The translations under genes were made by a program, and so were the position numbers. Positions 40,478 through 50,410 of a DNA stretch of 64,000 nucleotides are shown one piece after another. The stretch's first letter is position 1. Every line of letters begins with the position of its first letter. Under the pieces are notes generated by a model. It saw nothing but the letters and a program-made list of their open reading frames with translations, was not told where the DNA came from and made no database searches. Location of the stretch: positions 186,001 to 250,000 of the forward strand of contig NZ_SMNA01000005.1 in assembly GCF_004353825.1 (NCBI RefSeq). Direction: 5' to 3'. Source of the stretch: Occultella glacieicola. Lineage in GTDB: Bacteria > Actinomycetota > Actinomycetes > Actinomycetales > Beutenbergiaceae.

Positions 40478-41268
40478 GCCGGCGCCACCGGGTCCTGTTC
40501 CCAGACCTTCCACGGCGCCTGGCCGCGTGCGTTCATCTCGTCCATGACCTGGCGGTCCTTGAACGTGTCCATCCCGGCCCAGAACCCGTCGTATCTGTAG
40601 CCGACCAGCTTGCCGGCCTCGAGGAGTCTTCCGAACGGCTCATAGACGAGTTCCTCGCCGGGCTGGATGTAGTCGAACACCTCGCGCCGCAGCACGAAGA
40701 ACCCGGCGTTGACCCACATCCCGGCGCCGCTGGACTCGGTGATCCCGGTGACGTGCGAGTTGTCGTCGAGGTTGACGATGTGGAAGGTCTGGCTCGGCTT
40801 CGTGCAGAGGAACGTCGCGATCGCATCATGTTCGTGCGCGTGGTCGATCAGGGTGGTGAGCGGGACACTGGACAGGCCGTCGCTGTAGTTGGCGAGGAAC
40901 TCCTCGTCGTCGCCGAGGAAGTCCTTGACCTTCACCATCCGCTGACCGATGTTCGTCGCCAGCCCGGTGTCCACGAACGTGATCTTCCAGTCCTGGGCGT
41001 CCGTGTGCAGCATCGTGATCTCACGGCCACCGCCGGAGAGCACGAAGTCGTTGCTGAGCCACTCCTTGTAGTTGAGGAAGTACTCCTTGATGACCTCGCC
41101 CTTGTACCCGAGGCACACGATGAACTCCGTGTGCCCGTAGTGGGCGTAGTACTTCATGAGATGCCAGATGATCGGGCGGGAGCCGATCGGCACCATCGGC
41201 TTGGGCACCGACTCGGAGAACTCGCGCATGCGCATACCCATGCCGCCGGCGAACAACACGACCTTCAT
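40474..41268 (-). CDS. rfbF: Glucose-1-phosphate cytidylyltransferase-like sugar nucleotidyltransferase
   Basis: FAGGMGMR...PKPMVPIG, LGYKGEVIKEYF, VDTG and FWAGMDT motifs. Confidence 0.8.
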   Translation of the reverse strand: MKVVLFAGGMGMRMREFSESVPKPMVPIGSRPIIWHLMKYYAHYGHTEFIVCLGYKGEVIKEYFLNYKEWLSNDFVLSGGGREITMLHTDAQDWKITFVDTGLATNIGQRMVKVKDFLGDDEEFLANYSDGLSSVPLTTLIDHAHEHDAIATFLCTKPSQTFHIVNLDDNSHVTGITESSGAGMWVNAGFFVLRREVFDYIQPGEELVYEPFGRLLEAGKLVGYRYDGFWAGMDTFKDRQVMDEMNARGQAPWKVWEQDPVAPA

Positions 41269-41278
41269 CGCAGACCTC

Positions 41279-42538
41279 TCACTCCGACCAGTCGACGATC
41301 GCTGCCTGCGGGATCGGCACGACGCATTTGCCGCCCCACTCCTTGATGTAGGCCAGTTGGGCCACGATCTCGTCCTTGAGGTTCCACGGCAGGATCAGGA
41401 CGTAATCGGGCTTCGTCTCGGCGATCCGGCCCGGCTCGTGGATCGGGATGTGCGTACCCGGCGTGTAGCGGCCGTGCTTGTAGGGGTTGCGGTCGACTGT
41501 GTAATCGAGGAAGTCCGGGCCGATCCCGCAGTAGTTGAGCAGGGTGTTCCCCTTGCCGGGGGCGCCGTAGCCGACCACCTGTGCCCCCTGGCGCTTGACG
41601 CCGATGAGGAACTCGAGGAGTTTGCGCTTGGTCTCGCGGACCTGCTCGGCGAACAGTTCGTAGGTCTCGGGCCGCTCCAGCCCGGCATCCAGTTCACGTT
41701 GCCGCAGGTCGAGGAGACGCTCGCTCAGCGCGGGCGCGTCGGGTCCGGCGTGGGTGGCGTGGATCCGCAGCGATCCGCCGTGGGTCCAGAGCTCTTCGAC
41801 GTCGTGGATCACCAGGCCGTGCGCGGCGAAGATCCGCTCGGAGGTCACCAACGAGAAGTAGGAGAAGTGCTCGTGGTAGATGGTGTCGAACTGGTTCTCC
41901 TCGATCAGCCGCAGCAGGTGCGGGAACTCGATGGTGATCAGCCCGCCGGGGGCGAGGAGGAGCTTCATTCCCGCCACGAACGTGTTGAGATCCGGCACCT
42001 GCGCGAGGACGTTGTTGCCCGCGATCAGGTCCGCCCTGGTGCCCTCAGCCACCAGACGCCGGGCCAGTTCTTCGTCGAAGAACTCCACCAGGGTCGGCAC
42101 GTTGCGTTCGTCCACCGCGACCTTGGCGACGTTCGCGGCCGGCTCGATGCCGAGGACCGGCACGTCCGCCTGCACGAAGTACTGGAGGAGATATCCGTCG
42201 TTGCTGGCGAGTTCGACGACCAGACTGTCCGCGCCCAGGTTCCGCTCGGCGATCATGGCCTCGACGTAGGTACGCGCGTGCTCCAGCCAGGCATCGGAGT
42301 AGGAGGAGAAGTACGCGTACTCGGTGAAGATGTCCTCCCGGGACACGTACTCCTGGAGCTGGACCAGGAAGCACTCGTCGCACACCCACGTGTGCAGCGG
42401 GTAGAACGGCTCCATCGCGTTCACCTGGTCAGCCGGTACGAAACTCTCGCACAGCGGGGACATGCCCAGGTCGGCGAAGGTGCGGGTCAGCGTGGCCCCG
42501 CAGAAGCGGCACGGGCCGCCGGTCAGTTCATCGGACAT
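41279..42538 (-). CDS. NDP-sugar C-methyltransferase (Zn-binding, Methyltransf_13/14 type)
   Basis: CRFC...C..C, ELASNDG, FDTIYHEH and GYGAPGKGNTLLN motifs. Confidence 0.9.
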   Translation of the reverse strand: MSDELTGGPCRFCGATLTRTFADLGMSPLCESFVPADQVNAMEPFYPLHTWVCDECFLVQLQEYVSREDIFTEYAYFSSYSDAWLEHARTYVEAMIAERNLGADSLVVELASNDGYLLQYFVQADVPVLGIEPAANVAKVAVDERNVPTLVEFFDEELARRLVAEGTRADLIAGNNVLAQVPDLNTFVAGMKLLLAPGGLITIEFPHLLRLIEENQFDTIYHEHFSYFSLVTSERIFAAHGLVIHDVEELWTHGGSLRIHATHAGPDAPALSERLLDLRQRELDAGLERPETYELFAEQVRETKRKLLEFLIGVKRQGAQVVGYGAPGKGNTLLNYCGIGPDFLDYTVDRNPYKHGRYTPGTHIPIHEPGRIAETKPDYVLILPWNLKDEIVAQLAYIKEWGGKCVVPIPQAAIVDWSE

Positions 42539-42551
42539 TCGTGGCTCCGGA

Positions 42552-43736
42552 TCAGACGGTCTGGACGTTGGCGTCGACACCGAGGTCTATGAGCGTCTGC
42601 CCGATCTCGGTGGCGTAGTACGGGTTCATGACCAGGACGGTTCCCGGCGGGTCGGACACGAGGGCGTCCGGCGCCACCACGGCCTGCCCGGTCCCGGCGA
42701 GGTAGGTGCCCTGCTTGCGGGGGTTGACGTCGACCACCCGATCGACGGCGGTGGTCACCTCGAGCACGTTGAAGAACCCGACGGCTTTGGCGCCGGCTCC
42801 CCACGCGACCACCGGTTCTTCGGCTGCGGCGAGGCGCTCCAACAACTCGGTCCACGCCGTCACCCGTTCCCGGGCGCGGTCGGCGAAGGCTTGGATGTCC
42901 GCCAGGACCTCTGGCGCGGGCCGCGCCGGCGACGGCCGCGCCGGCACCGACGTCGGCCGCGCCTCGACGGAGAGGAATTGGCCGTCGTAGGACTCCCGCA
43001 GATCCAGGATCTCGAAGCCTGCGGACTCCACCGCCGTGCGCAGCGAGGACGCGAGGAAGTAGGACACGTGCTCGTAGATGAGGTCGCCGATGGACAGCCG
43101 CCGAAGCGCGAGGAGACCGTTCGGGACCTCGAGGTAGAGCACCGTGTCCGGCCGGTCGCCGATACCCTCGCGCAAGGAGCGCAGCATCCCAGCCGGGTCG
43201 TCGACGTGTTCCAGCACGTGACGGCAGATCACCAAGTCCGCCTTAGTATCGACGTGCTCACGTGAGAAGTACTCGTTCACCACGCGCACCCGCTCCGGCA
43301 GGGGCTCTGCGTGCTCCGCGTCGTAACTCGGGTCGAAGCCCATGCCCCGGTTCTCACCCAGGTCACAGATGAGGCCGAGGAAGTGACCGCTTCCGCTGCC
43401 GATCTCGACCACGTCGGCGTCCCGGACGTCGTAGGTGTCGATGAGCCGCCGCGCAAGGTCGCGCTCGTAGCTCTGGAACACCGCCGAGAAGTGCAGGGCG
43501 TTGTCGTAACTGTGCCCGTAGGCGTTCAGGCTCGCATCGAAGCCGGTGTTGTAGACGAAGGCGCACTCCGGGCAGTAGCCGAGGTCCAGGTCCCCACGGG
43601 GGCAGTCGACCGCCTCCTGGCGGCTGGGCCAGAGGATCCCGACGTGGGTCGGGACGCCCGCCTGCGCATAGAACGGGCGGAGTTCCGCCGTGTCGCACAC
43701 CGGGCAGCGCGCGCCCGAGTTCCCCGTTGCTGTCAC
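42552..43736 (-). CDS. C-methyltransferase-like SAM-dependent methyltransferase
   Basis: CPVC..CPEC, EIGSGSG, RHVLEH, YEHVSYF, WGAGAK and VDVNPRKQG motifs. Confidence 0.85.
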   Translation of the reverse strand: MTATGNSGARCPVCDTAELRPFYAQAGVPTHVGILWPSRQEAVDCPRGDLDLGYCPECAFVYNTGFDASLNAYGHSYDNALHFSAVFQSYERDLARRLIDTYDVRDADVVEIGSGSGHFLGLICDLGENRGMGFDPSYDAEHAEPLPERVRVVNEYFSREHVDTKADLVICRHVLEHVDDPAGMLRSLREGIGDRPDTVLYLEVPNGLLALRRLSIGDLIYEHVSYFLASSLRTAVESAGFEILDLRESYDGQFLSVEARPTSVPARPSPARPAPEVLADIQAFADRARERVTAWTELLERLAAAEEPVVAWGAGAKAVGFFNVLEVTTAVDRVVDVNPRKQGTYLAGTGQAVVAPDALVSDPPGTVLVMNPYYATEIGQTLIDLGVDANVQTV

Positions 43737-43875
43737 TCTGGAGACACTAGTGAAGGAGCCCTTCGGCCGTTGGGCAAATGACGGGCCCCTCTGGGTGAAC
43801 TGCCGCCGTCATCGGGTGTCACCTTGATCTCACCCCGGGTGAGGTAGGGCGTACCTTTGGCCGTCGCGGTTTCTC

Positions 43876-45513
43876 TCATCGGACGTGCCGCCCACGGCTT
43901 TCCACGGGGATCTCCTCGGACTCGATCCCCGAATCAGGCTGACGTCCTTTCCCACTGCCGTCATGGGTGCTCTGCGCGCGGCCGTCCGCGTCCGCGCCCG
44001 CCCGGACGAAGTGCTGGGGACGAGCAGCGACCCATGCCGCCGCGATCCGCTTCCGGAAGTTCGCGCCCACTGGCGTCGAGACAAACTTGTCCCCGGGAAC
44101 GGCAAGTTGTATTGCATTGGTTGGAGAGGTGCCGTCGAGACGCCACAGGGCACCGATGGCACCCATGAAGATGCAGACGACACCGACGAACGTCGCGAAA
44201 GAGAACGAGTCAAAGGTCCCGCTCGCCATCAGGGCCGCGGGCATCGTCACGGCAAGTGCCTGGCCCAGGTGCCGGGTCTCCTGATTCTTGCCGCGGAGCC
44301 GAATGCTTCGCCCCATCAGATACGGCACCAAGAAGAACAGAACCAACCCGATCACTCCTATGACTCCACCTGCGAGGAGGGTCATGTAGATCTGGTTGTC
44401 CAGCAGGATGTACTCCTCTGGCGTCACCATCCCCGCGCCGCGGCCGAACACCGGACGCAACGACCAGAGGTCCATGACGTAACCGGTGCGAGCAATCCGG
44501 TCCGTCACGCTCGTGTCGTTCTCAGCGTTGGTGAAGAGGGACTTGATCGTGCCGAGGACGCCGCGGTTCACCAGGTGGAAGACTGCGGTCGCCATGATGC
44601 CAATGACGAGGGCGTTGTAGCGCTGTCGCCACGGCCAGATCAGGGCAAGCAAACCCATGGTGACGAGCACCGTAAGGATCGCCGATCGCGAGATTGAGAG
44701 CGGGATCCCCATCGCGACCAGCCCAGCCCCGATCCAGCGCCATACGCGCGTTCGGCCAGGTGGCGAGAATAGGGCGAAATGGAGCGCTACCGGAAGAACC
44801 AGTGCGAGAACGACCCCGAACTCGATGTAGTGGTTGGCCGTCGAGGCCACCCTCGGGAAGCCACCGTCGCCGCGTGCACTGATCCCGATCAGTTCGGCAT
44901 TAGCGTGCAGGCCCGGGATCTTGATGTACTGCGTGATATCGATCACGCCAGCGAACTGCAAGGCGCCGATGACGGACATAACCGCTGCCAATGCGATGAC
45001 CACTTGGAGGAGTCTGTCGAGTTCGCGGCGCGTGCGGACGCCGTCCGCGGTGACGAGGGCGACACCCGCGATGGACGCGGTGAAGATCAGCCACCGGTCT
45101 GCGCTACTCGCCTCGCCCGCAGTGGGGAGCCGGTCGAATCCGATCACGTTGCCCAGCAATTGCAGCCCGACGTACATACCGATCACCCAACGAATCGGTT
45201 GCCGACCGTCCGGGAGGTGATGAGATCGGATCGCGGAAAGGACCCAGAGGAATGCCAACATGATCCCGATTGCGACGGATGGTCGTCCGACGGCGCCGAG
45301 ACCACCGATCACGAGACGGGCCGGGATCAGGAACTGCAGACACAGGAACAGCACCAGGAGCCCGAGGGTGGTCAGCGTCCAGCGATGGATCAGTGCAGGA
45401 ATCCATTCCTCCCGGACTCGCTTGTACCCATCCGGAACTCTGAGAAGGATGGGTCGCCATGCCTCTTGCTCTGATGAGTTCGCCCGTACCGCCGCACCGC
45501 GGTGGAAGGTCAT
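43876..45513 (-). CDS. O-antigen ligase / Wzy polymerase family membrane protein
   Basis: Many TM helices; RVAST..H.IEFG, SISRSA, FGRGAG and LDNQIY motifs. Confidence 0.8.
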   Translation of the reverse strand: MTFHRGAAVRANSSEQEAWRPILLRVPDGYKRVREEWIPALIHRWTLTTLGLLVLFLCLQFLIPARLVIGGLGAVGRPSVAIGIMLAFLWVLSAIRSHHLPDGRQPIRWVIGMYVGLQLLGNVIGFDRLPTAGEASSADRWLIFTASIAGVALVTADGVRTRRELDRLLQVVIALAAVMSVIGALQFAGVIDITQYIKIPGLHANAELIGISARGDGGFPRVASTANHYIEFGVVLALVLPVALHFALFSPPGRTRVWRWIGAGLVAMGIPLSISRSAILTVLVTMGLLALIWPWRQRYNALVIGIMATAVFHLVNRGVLGTIKSLFTNAENDTSVTDRIARTGYVMDLWSLRPVFGRGAGMVTPEEYILLDNQIYMTLLAGGVIGVIGLVLFFLVPYLMGRSIRLRGKNQETRHLGQALAVTMPAALMASGTFDSFSFATFVGVVCIFMGAIGALWRLDGTSPTNAIQLAVPGDKFVSTPVGANFRKRIAAAWVAARPQHFVRAGADADGRAQSTHDGSGKGRQPDSGIESEEIPVESRGRHVR

Positions 45514-45525
45514 CGCCGTGAGCCG

Positions 45526-46362
45526 TCAGCGAGGTCTGGACGAGCCGGCGACCATCTCGGCTCGCCTACCGGAACTATTGATCATGGGTGACTCACTTTG
45601 GTTCGCGTCATCCTGAACCGGCGGCGTCCCGTCGTTCCGGCTCCCGAACAGCATGTCCACGTGCTCGCCTCGACCCTCGTCCGGGGCGAGGTCATCGGGC
45701 CGACCATCGTCCGGATCGAGCCCGGGCTCGACAGCCTCCGATTCCGACGCCGCGCGACGCTCCTGACGATGCGCTCGTGCCCGCTTGATGAGTCCGATGA
45801 GGTCGTCGAACAGGACCGCGATGAGCAACGAGAGTGCGGCTCCGAGGACACCGACGATCGCCATGTTCCGGGTCTTTCCATCAGCGACGACGGCCGTCAC
45901 AGCTGGTTCCTGGAGCACATCGAGTCCGTACTGGGTGGCGGGTGGCAGTCCCGCGTTCGTCTGCCGTGTAGTGAGTTCTTCACGCGCGAGCTCGAAGACC
46001 ATCTCGCCCGTGGCGACTCCAGCCTCTGGCGTGTCCGCGCGCACTTCGAAGTTCAAGACAGTACTGCGAGTCGTCGGAGCAACGGTGTACGTGGGAACGA
46101 GGCCCGCCGCTGCAACCTCAGCTTGCGTCTCCGTGCCGTTCAGGACGATTCCGAGGACCGAGTTCGCGTCGTCCAATCCGCCGTAGGGATTCGCAATCTC
46201 CGCGACGGCCCGGCCCGGCACGACGATCGCCGAAGCTGCAATGTTGTACTCGGGCTGAACCCGCTCTCCGACCGCATACGCGGCCGCGCCACTGAGGGCG
46301 AGCAAGGGCAGCAAGATGTACCAGCGGCGCAGTGCCGCAACTGTGATTGACCAGACGTCCAT
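45526..46362 (-). CDS. Chain-length determinant (Wzz-like) protein
   Basis: MDVWSITVAALRRWY N-terminal TM plus a C-terminal TM flanking an extracellular loop. Confidence 0.65.
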   Translation of the reverse strand: MDVWSITVAALRRWYILLPLLALSGAAAYAVGERVQPEYNIAASAIVVPGRAVAEIANPYGGLDDANSVLGIVLNGTETQAEVAAAGLVPTYTVAPTTRSTVLNFEVRADTPEAGVATGEMVFELAREELTTRQTNAGLPPATQYGLDVLQEPAVTAVVADGKTRNMAIVGVLGAALSLLIAVLFDDLIGLIKRARAHRQERRAASESEAVEPGLDPDDGRPDDLAPDEGRGEHVDMLFGSRNDGTPPVQDDANQSESPMINSSGRRAEMVAGSSRPR

Positions 46363-46508
46363 GACGAGGACTCCCTCCGAGGCTCCACCTGTTGCGAGCC
46401 GTGTCCTTCATGCTATGAGTGGCGTGTCGGGGCCGCAGGCAGACCACAAGCCCAACACATTCCCTACTGCACTTCGCCTCACACTCTCGCGAAGTGTTCA
46501 TATGTCAA

Positions 46509-49487
46509 TTACGGCAACGGCGTCACCGTGACGTTTCCGAACGTTGCGTCTACATGGTGTGCGATGAGAACGACAGATCCGTTCGACACCGTGTCGACAT
46601 CAGTGATGGTCCCTGACCAAGTGGTCGGCTCGGAGGTGCCCTGTTCCCACATCCGCATCGAGTAGGTGGCACCGCCCGAAGGCAGGCCTTCCACGCGTAC
46701 GCGCATCATGTAGGTGTCACCCGGGCTGAAGTCAATCGCGTTGCGCGCACCCCGGACTACCGGGCTGTTGTGGTTGCCGAAGAGTTCCCATCGCGGGCCG
46801 TTCTCGTAGAAGCGGTACCAGGAGTAGGCACCCGCTGGATACCAGCCGTAGGCGAGCGGCTCTCCCTGGACCTGCGTGTGGCCCTGCCATCTGAGCCCGA
46901 TGCCGATCATGGGGTCACCCGAGAGGTACTGCCCTGCGCCTGGCCCGAAGCTGTGCAACGTCATCGGCACCGTCACCTCGTAGTCGGTCCAGGCGGAGTC
47001 ACCGACCGCGAGTATCCGGTCGTAGCCGACCTGCACGGTGCTCACCGAACCGTTGTCGACCCGCCACAGCCCATCGACCGATTGCGCCTGGGTCTGGAGT
47101 GCGGCACTGCCTGACCAGGCGGTCGTGTAGGGCAGGCTCAACGAGCCGTTCTGGATCGTCACATTCACCGTCTCGGTCACCGAGGAACCATTGGTACCGA
47201 GCGCCGTGATCGTGACCACGTTCGACCCCGTGTTGAGATCGGCGTAGGGAATATCGGCGTTGAAATCACCCGGCATAGCGAGGCGACGGTTGTCAGGGCC
47301 GAGGGAGAGAGCCCTCGCCGTTCCGCCGTTGACGCGATAGGTCAGCGAACTCACTCCGTCCGGGTTCGACACGGAACCGACGATGTTGATCCGCGGTTGA
47401 GTCCGGGCTGGGGCTCCGAAGCTCTGGTCCGAGCCGTACCAGATGTCGATCGCGGGGCCAGCCGTCTGCTCCAGCGTCGTGAATGTCCGGTCCTGGGTGA
47501 CAGTGGCGTTGCCGCTGGTGTCGGTGGCGGTGATCCGGTAGTGATACGTCGTCGCGGGCGCCAACCCGGTCAGCGTCGCGGCGTGGGACGTCCCCGACCC
47601 GGACGAACTCGCGGTACTGCCGTAGGACGTGGTCGTCCCGAACGCGACCGCACCCGTGGCCGCCTCGTTCGTCGTCCACGAGACGACCGCAGAGGACGCC
47701 GTCGGTGTCGCACTCACACCACTGACCGCCGGCGCCGTCACATCCGGCTCCGGTTCCGGATCGGGATCGGGATCGGGACCCGGGTCAGCACCGCCGTCCT
47801 CGGGCACGATCGGGTTCGCCCGGTCGAACACGTAGTCCACCAGAGCCGTGTAGGCAGCGGGGTTCGAGCCCGCATTAGCCGCGAACGGCCCCACCGAACC
47901 AACCGTCAACGCCTGCGAGAACGTGCCGATCACCTGCGGCGAGCCACCATCAACGGCCACCGTCATCGTCCACGAGTTGCCGACCCGGCCGACCCCGACC
48001 ACCACCGAATCCGTCGGCTGCACCGCTAACACCTTGTTGAACTTGGTCTTCGACGAACCACTGGTCGTCGCGGCAGCAAACGCCCGGACCACCCCACCGC
48101 TGGCGAACACATCGAACCGCAACCAGTTCGACGCATCCTGCTCCACGATCAAACCCTGATCGTGGTTCGTCGTCACCGGCACCGAATCGAAACCAGCGTC
48201 CACCGCGAAGTCCGTGTTCGAGACCGCCTGCATCACCCGCAGCGACCGGTTCACACCCCACGCATCGTGAGACTCCCCCGCACCCACCGTCAGCGACAGC
48301 TGCGCATCCCCGGTCCCCTCACCGACCAACTCAACCGAACCATCACCCACATGATCCGTCACAGACCACCCAGACCCGAGCACAGAACCCGAGAAATCAT
48401 CAGACGAGAACACAGCGTTCGGGGTGCTGCTCGCGGTCGTGGTGAAGGTGAGATCGGCTGAGCTGCCGGCGTTGCCGCTGGTGTCGGTGGCGGTGATCCG
48501 GTAGTGATACGTCGTCGCGGGCGCCAACCCGGTCAGCGTCGCGGCGTGGGACGTCCCCGACCCGGACGAACTCGCGGTACTGCCGTAGGACGTGGTCGTC
48601 CCGAACGCGACCGCACCCGTGGCCGCCTCGTTCGTCGTCCACGAGACGACCGCAGAGGACGCCGTCGGTGTCGCACTCACACCACTGACCGCCGGCGCCG
48701 TCACATCCGGCTCCGGTTCCGGATCGGGATCGGGATCGGGACCCGGGTCAGCACCGCCGTCCTCGGGCACGATCGGGTTCGCCCGGTCGAACACGTAGTC
48801 CACCAGAGCCGTGTAGGCAGCGGGGTTCGAGCCCGCATTAGCCGCGAACGGCCCCACCGAACCAACCGTCAACGCCTGCGAGAACGTGCCGATCACCTGC
48901 GGCGAGCCACCATCAACGGCCACCGTCATCGTCCACGAGTTGCCGACCCGGCCGACCCCGACCACCACCGAATCCGTCGGCTGCACCGCTAACACCTTGT
49001 TGAACTTGGTCTTCGACGAACCACTGGTCGTCGCGGCAGCAAACGCCCGGACCACCCCACCGCTGGCGAACACATCGAACCGCAACCAGTTCGACGCATC
49101 CTGCTCCACGATCAAACCCTGATCGTGGTTCGTCGTCACCGGCACCGAATCGAAACCAGCGTCCACCGCGAAGTCCGTGTTCGAGACCGCCTGCATCACC
49201 CGCAGCGACCGGTTCACACCCCACGCATCGTGAGACTCCCCCGCACCCACCGTCAGCGACAGCTGCGCATCCCCGGTCCCCTCACCGACCAACTCAACCG
49301 AACCATCACCCACATGATCCGTCACAGACCACCCAGACCCGAGCACAGAACCCGAGAAATCATCAGAGACCAGCACGGAAGCGGCCGTGGCCGGTGGTGC
49401 CATACCGGCGAGCGCCACTGCTGCGGCACCGGCGATCGCCAACGCCATCCGGATTGGGTGGATCGCAGTTGCGTTCTTCGCGTTCAT
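46509..49487 (-). CDS. Secreted protein with duplicated concanavalin-like + FN3-like module
   Basis: Signal peptide; two identical ~300-aa modules (SDDFSG...; WTTNEAATG...GLAPATTYHYRITATD FN3-like). Confidence 0.75.
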   Translation of the reverse strand: MNAKNATAIHPIRMALAIAGAAAVALAGMAPPATAASVLVSDDFSGSVLGSGWSVTDHVGDGSVELVGEGTGDAQLSLTVGAGESHDAWGVNRSLRVMQAVSNTDFAVDAGFDSVPVTTNHDQGLIVEQDASNWLRFDVFASGGVVRAFAAATTSGSSKTKFNKVLAVQPTDSVVVGVGRVGNSWTMTVAVDGGSPQVIGTFSQALTVGSVGPFAANAGSNPAAYTALVDYVFDRANPIVPEDGGADPGPDPDPDPEPEPDVTAPAVSGVSATPTASSAVVSWTTNEAATGAVAFGTTTSYGSTASSSGSGTSHAATLTGLAPATTYHYRITATDTSGNAGSSADLTFTTTASSTPNAVFSSDDFSGSVLGSGWSVTDHVGDGSVELVGEGTGDAQLSLTVGAGESHDAWGVNRSLRVMQAVSNTDFAVDAGFDSVPVTTNHDQGLIVEQDASNWLRFDVFASGGVVRAFAAATTSGSSKTKFNKVLAVQPTDSVVVGVGRVGNSWTMTVAVDGGSPQVIGTFSQALTVGSVGPFAANAGSNPAAYTALVDYVFDRANPIVPEDGGADPGPDPDPDPEPEPDVTAPAVSGVSATPTASSAVVSWTTNEAATGAVAFGTTTSYGSTASSSGSGTSHAATLTGLAPATTYHYRITATDTSGNATVTQDRTFTTLEQTAGPAIDIWYGSDQSFGAPARTQPRINIVGSVSNPDGVSSLTYRVNGGTARALSLGPDNRRLAMPGDFNADIPYADLNTGSNVVTITALGTNGSSVTETVNVTIQNGSLSLPYTTAWSGSAALQTQAQSVDGLWRVDNGSVSTVQVGYDRILAVGDSAWTDYEVTVPMTLHSFGPGAGQYLSGDPMIGIGLRWQGHTQVQGEPLAYGWYPAGAYSWYRFYENGPRWELFGNHNSPVVRGARNAIDFSPGDTYMMRVRVEGLPSGGATYSMRMWEQGTSEPTTWSGTITDVDTVSNGSVVLIAHHVDATFGNVTVTPLP
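47505..49367. repeat. Intragenic 900-bp direct repeat (47505-48404 = 48468-49367, offset 963)
   Basis: Boundaries read from the sequence; alternative-frame ORFs recur identically at +963. Confidence 0.93.
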
Positions 49488-50410
49488 GAGGAGCTTCCGT
49501 CGACTTGGTGGATGAGTTCGGGAGGTGCGAGTAGCCGGCCTCTGACGCGTGCCCTGAGGCGGCCCGCACTGATGCGAGCCCTACGGGTGGAGTAGGCAAC
49601 GGCGAACGCAGCCCCGGAGGCCAGGTCGTCTGGCGTCGACCCCGTGGTGCGTGCGAGAGCTCCCGTCGTTCGACCGAGGAGTCTCAGGCGCACAAACGTC
49701 GGCGCTCTCGTTGCTGCGGGATCGAACCAGCTGGCGATCTCCGAAGCTGTGGTTCGGCCCTGCCGTGATGAACTCTCGTGAATCCGGCGCCGGAACAGTC
49801 GACGATCGACCAGATCAAATCCACCGAGGGCAGCCATCTGGGCCAGGAAAGTAACGTCGGAAGAGATGTAGGAACGAATCAAGTCGGTCCTGGCCATCGG
49901 CTCGCGACGCATCACCCCGAACGCGGCGTTGCACAGGTTGAATCGCCAGGCGAACGCCGCGACTCGGCGCCAGGGCGTTGGGGCCGTGACATCGAGCTTC
50001 TCGTCATAGGCGCGTACGTCTTGGCCGGTGCCATCGATGATGGTCGCCTGCGTGAATGCGAGCACCGCGTCTCGATTGGCGTCGAGGGCGGCAACGCAGG
50101 AACTCACGTACGAGGGGTCGAGGAGATCGTCGTAACCGGCCCACTTGAACAGTTCGGCTCGGGAGTCCCTCACGAGGCGGTTGTAGTTGAACGCCGCCCC
50201 CATGTTCCGGTCGTTCCGGACAAGGCGCACCCGCGAGTCCCGCTCAGCGACCGACTCGACGATGTCGACCGTGCGATCCGTCGAGGCGTTGTCCGAGATC
50301 ACCAGCTCGAAATCGCTGAAGTCCTGAGCCAGCAGGCTCTCCAGCGTCTCCGCGAGGTACACCTCTCCGTTGTAGACGGGCAGGCCGATCGTCAGCCTCG
50401 GGGTACTCAC
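49484..50410 (-). CDS. Glycosyltransferase family 2
   Basis: IGLPVYNGE, ISDNASTD, NMGAAFNYN and WAGYDD motifs. Confidence 0.92.
   Translation of the reverse strand: MSTPRLTIGLPVYNGEVYLAETLESLLAQDFSDFELVISDNASTDRTVDIVESVAERDSRVRLVRNDRNMGAAFNYNRLVRDSRAELFKWAGYDDLLDPSYVSSCVAALDANRDAVLAFTQATIIDGTGQDVRAYDEKLDVTAPTPWRRVAAFAWRFNLCNAAFGVMRREPMARTDLIRSYISSDVTFLAQMAALGGFDLVDRRLFRRRIHESSSRQGRTTASEIASWFDPAATRAPTFVRLRLLGRTTGALARTTGSTPDDLASGAAFAVAYSTRRARISAGRLRARVRGRLLAPPELIHQVDGSSS

Noticed and set aside
47505..49367. 900-bp direct repeat as IS or composite transposon ends
   Set aside because: Lies within one continuous ORF encoding sugar-binding/FN3-like domains; no transposase or terminal inverted repeats
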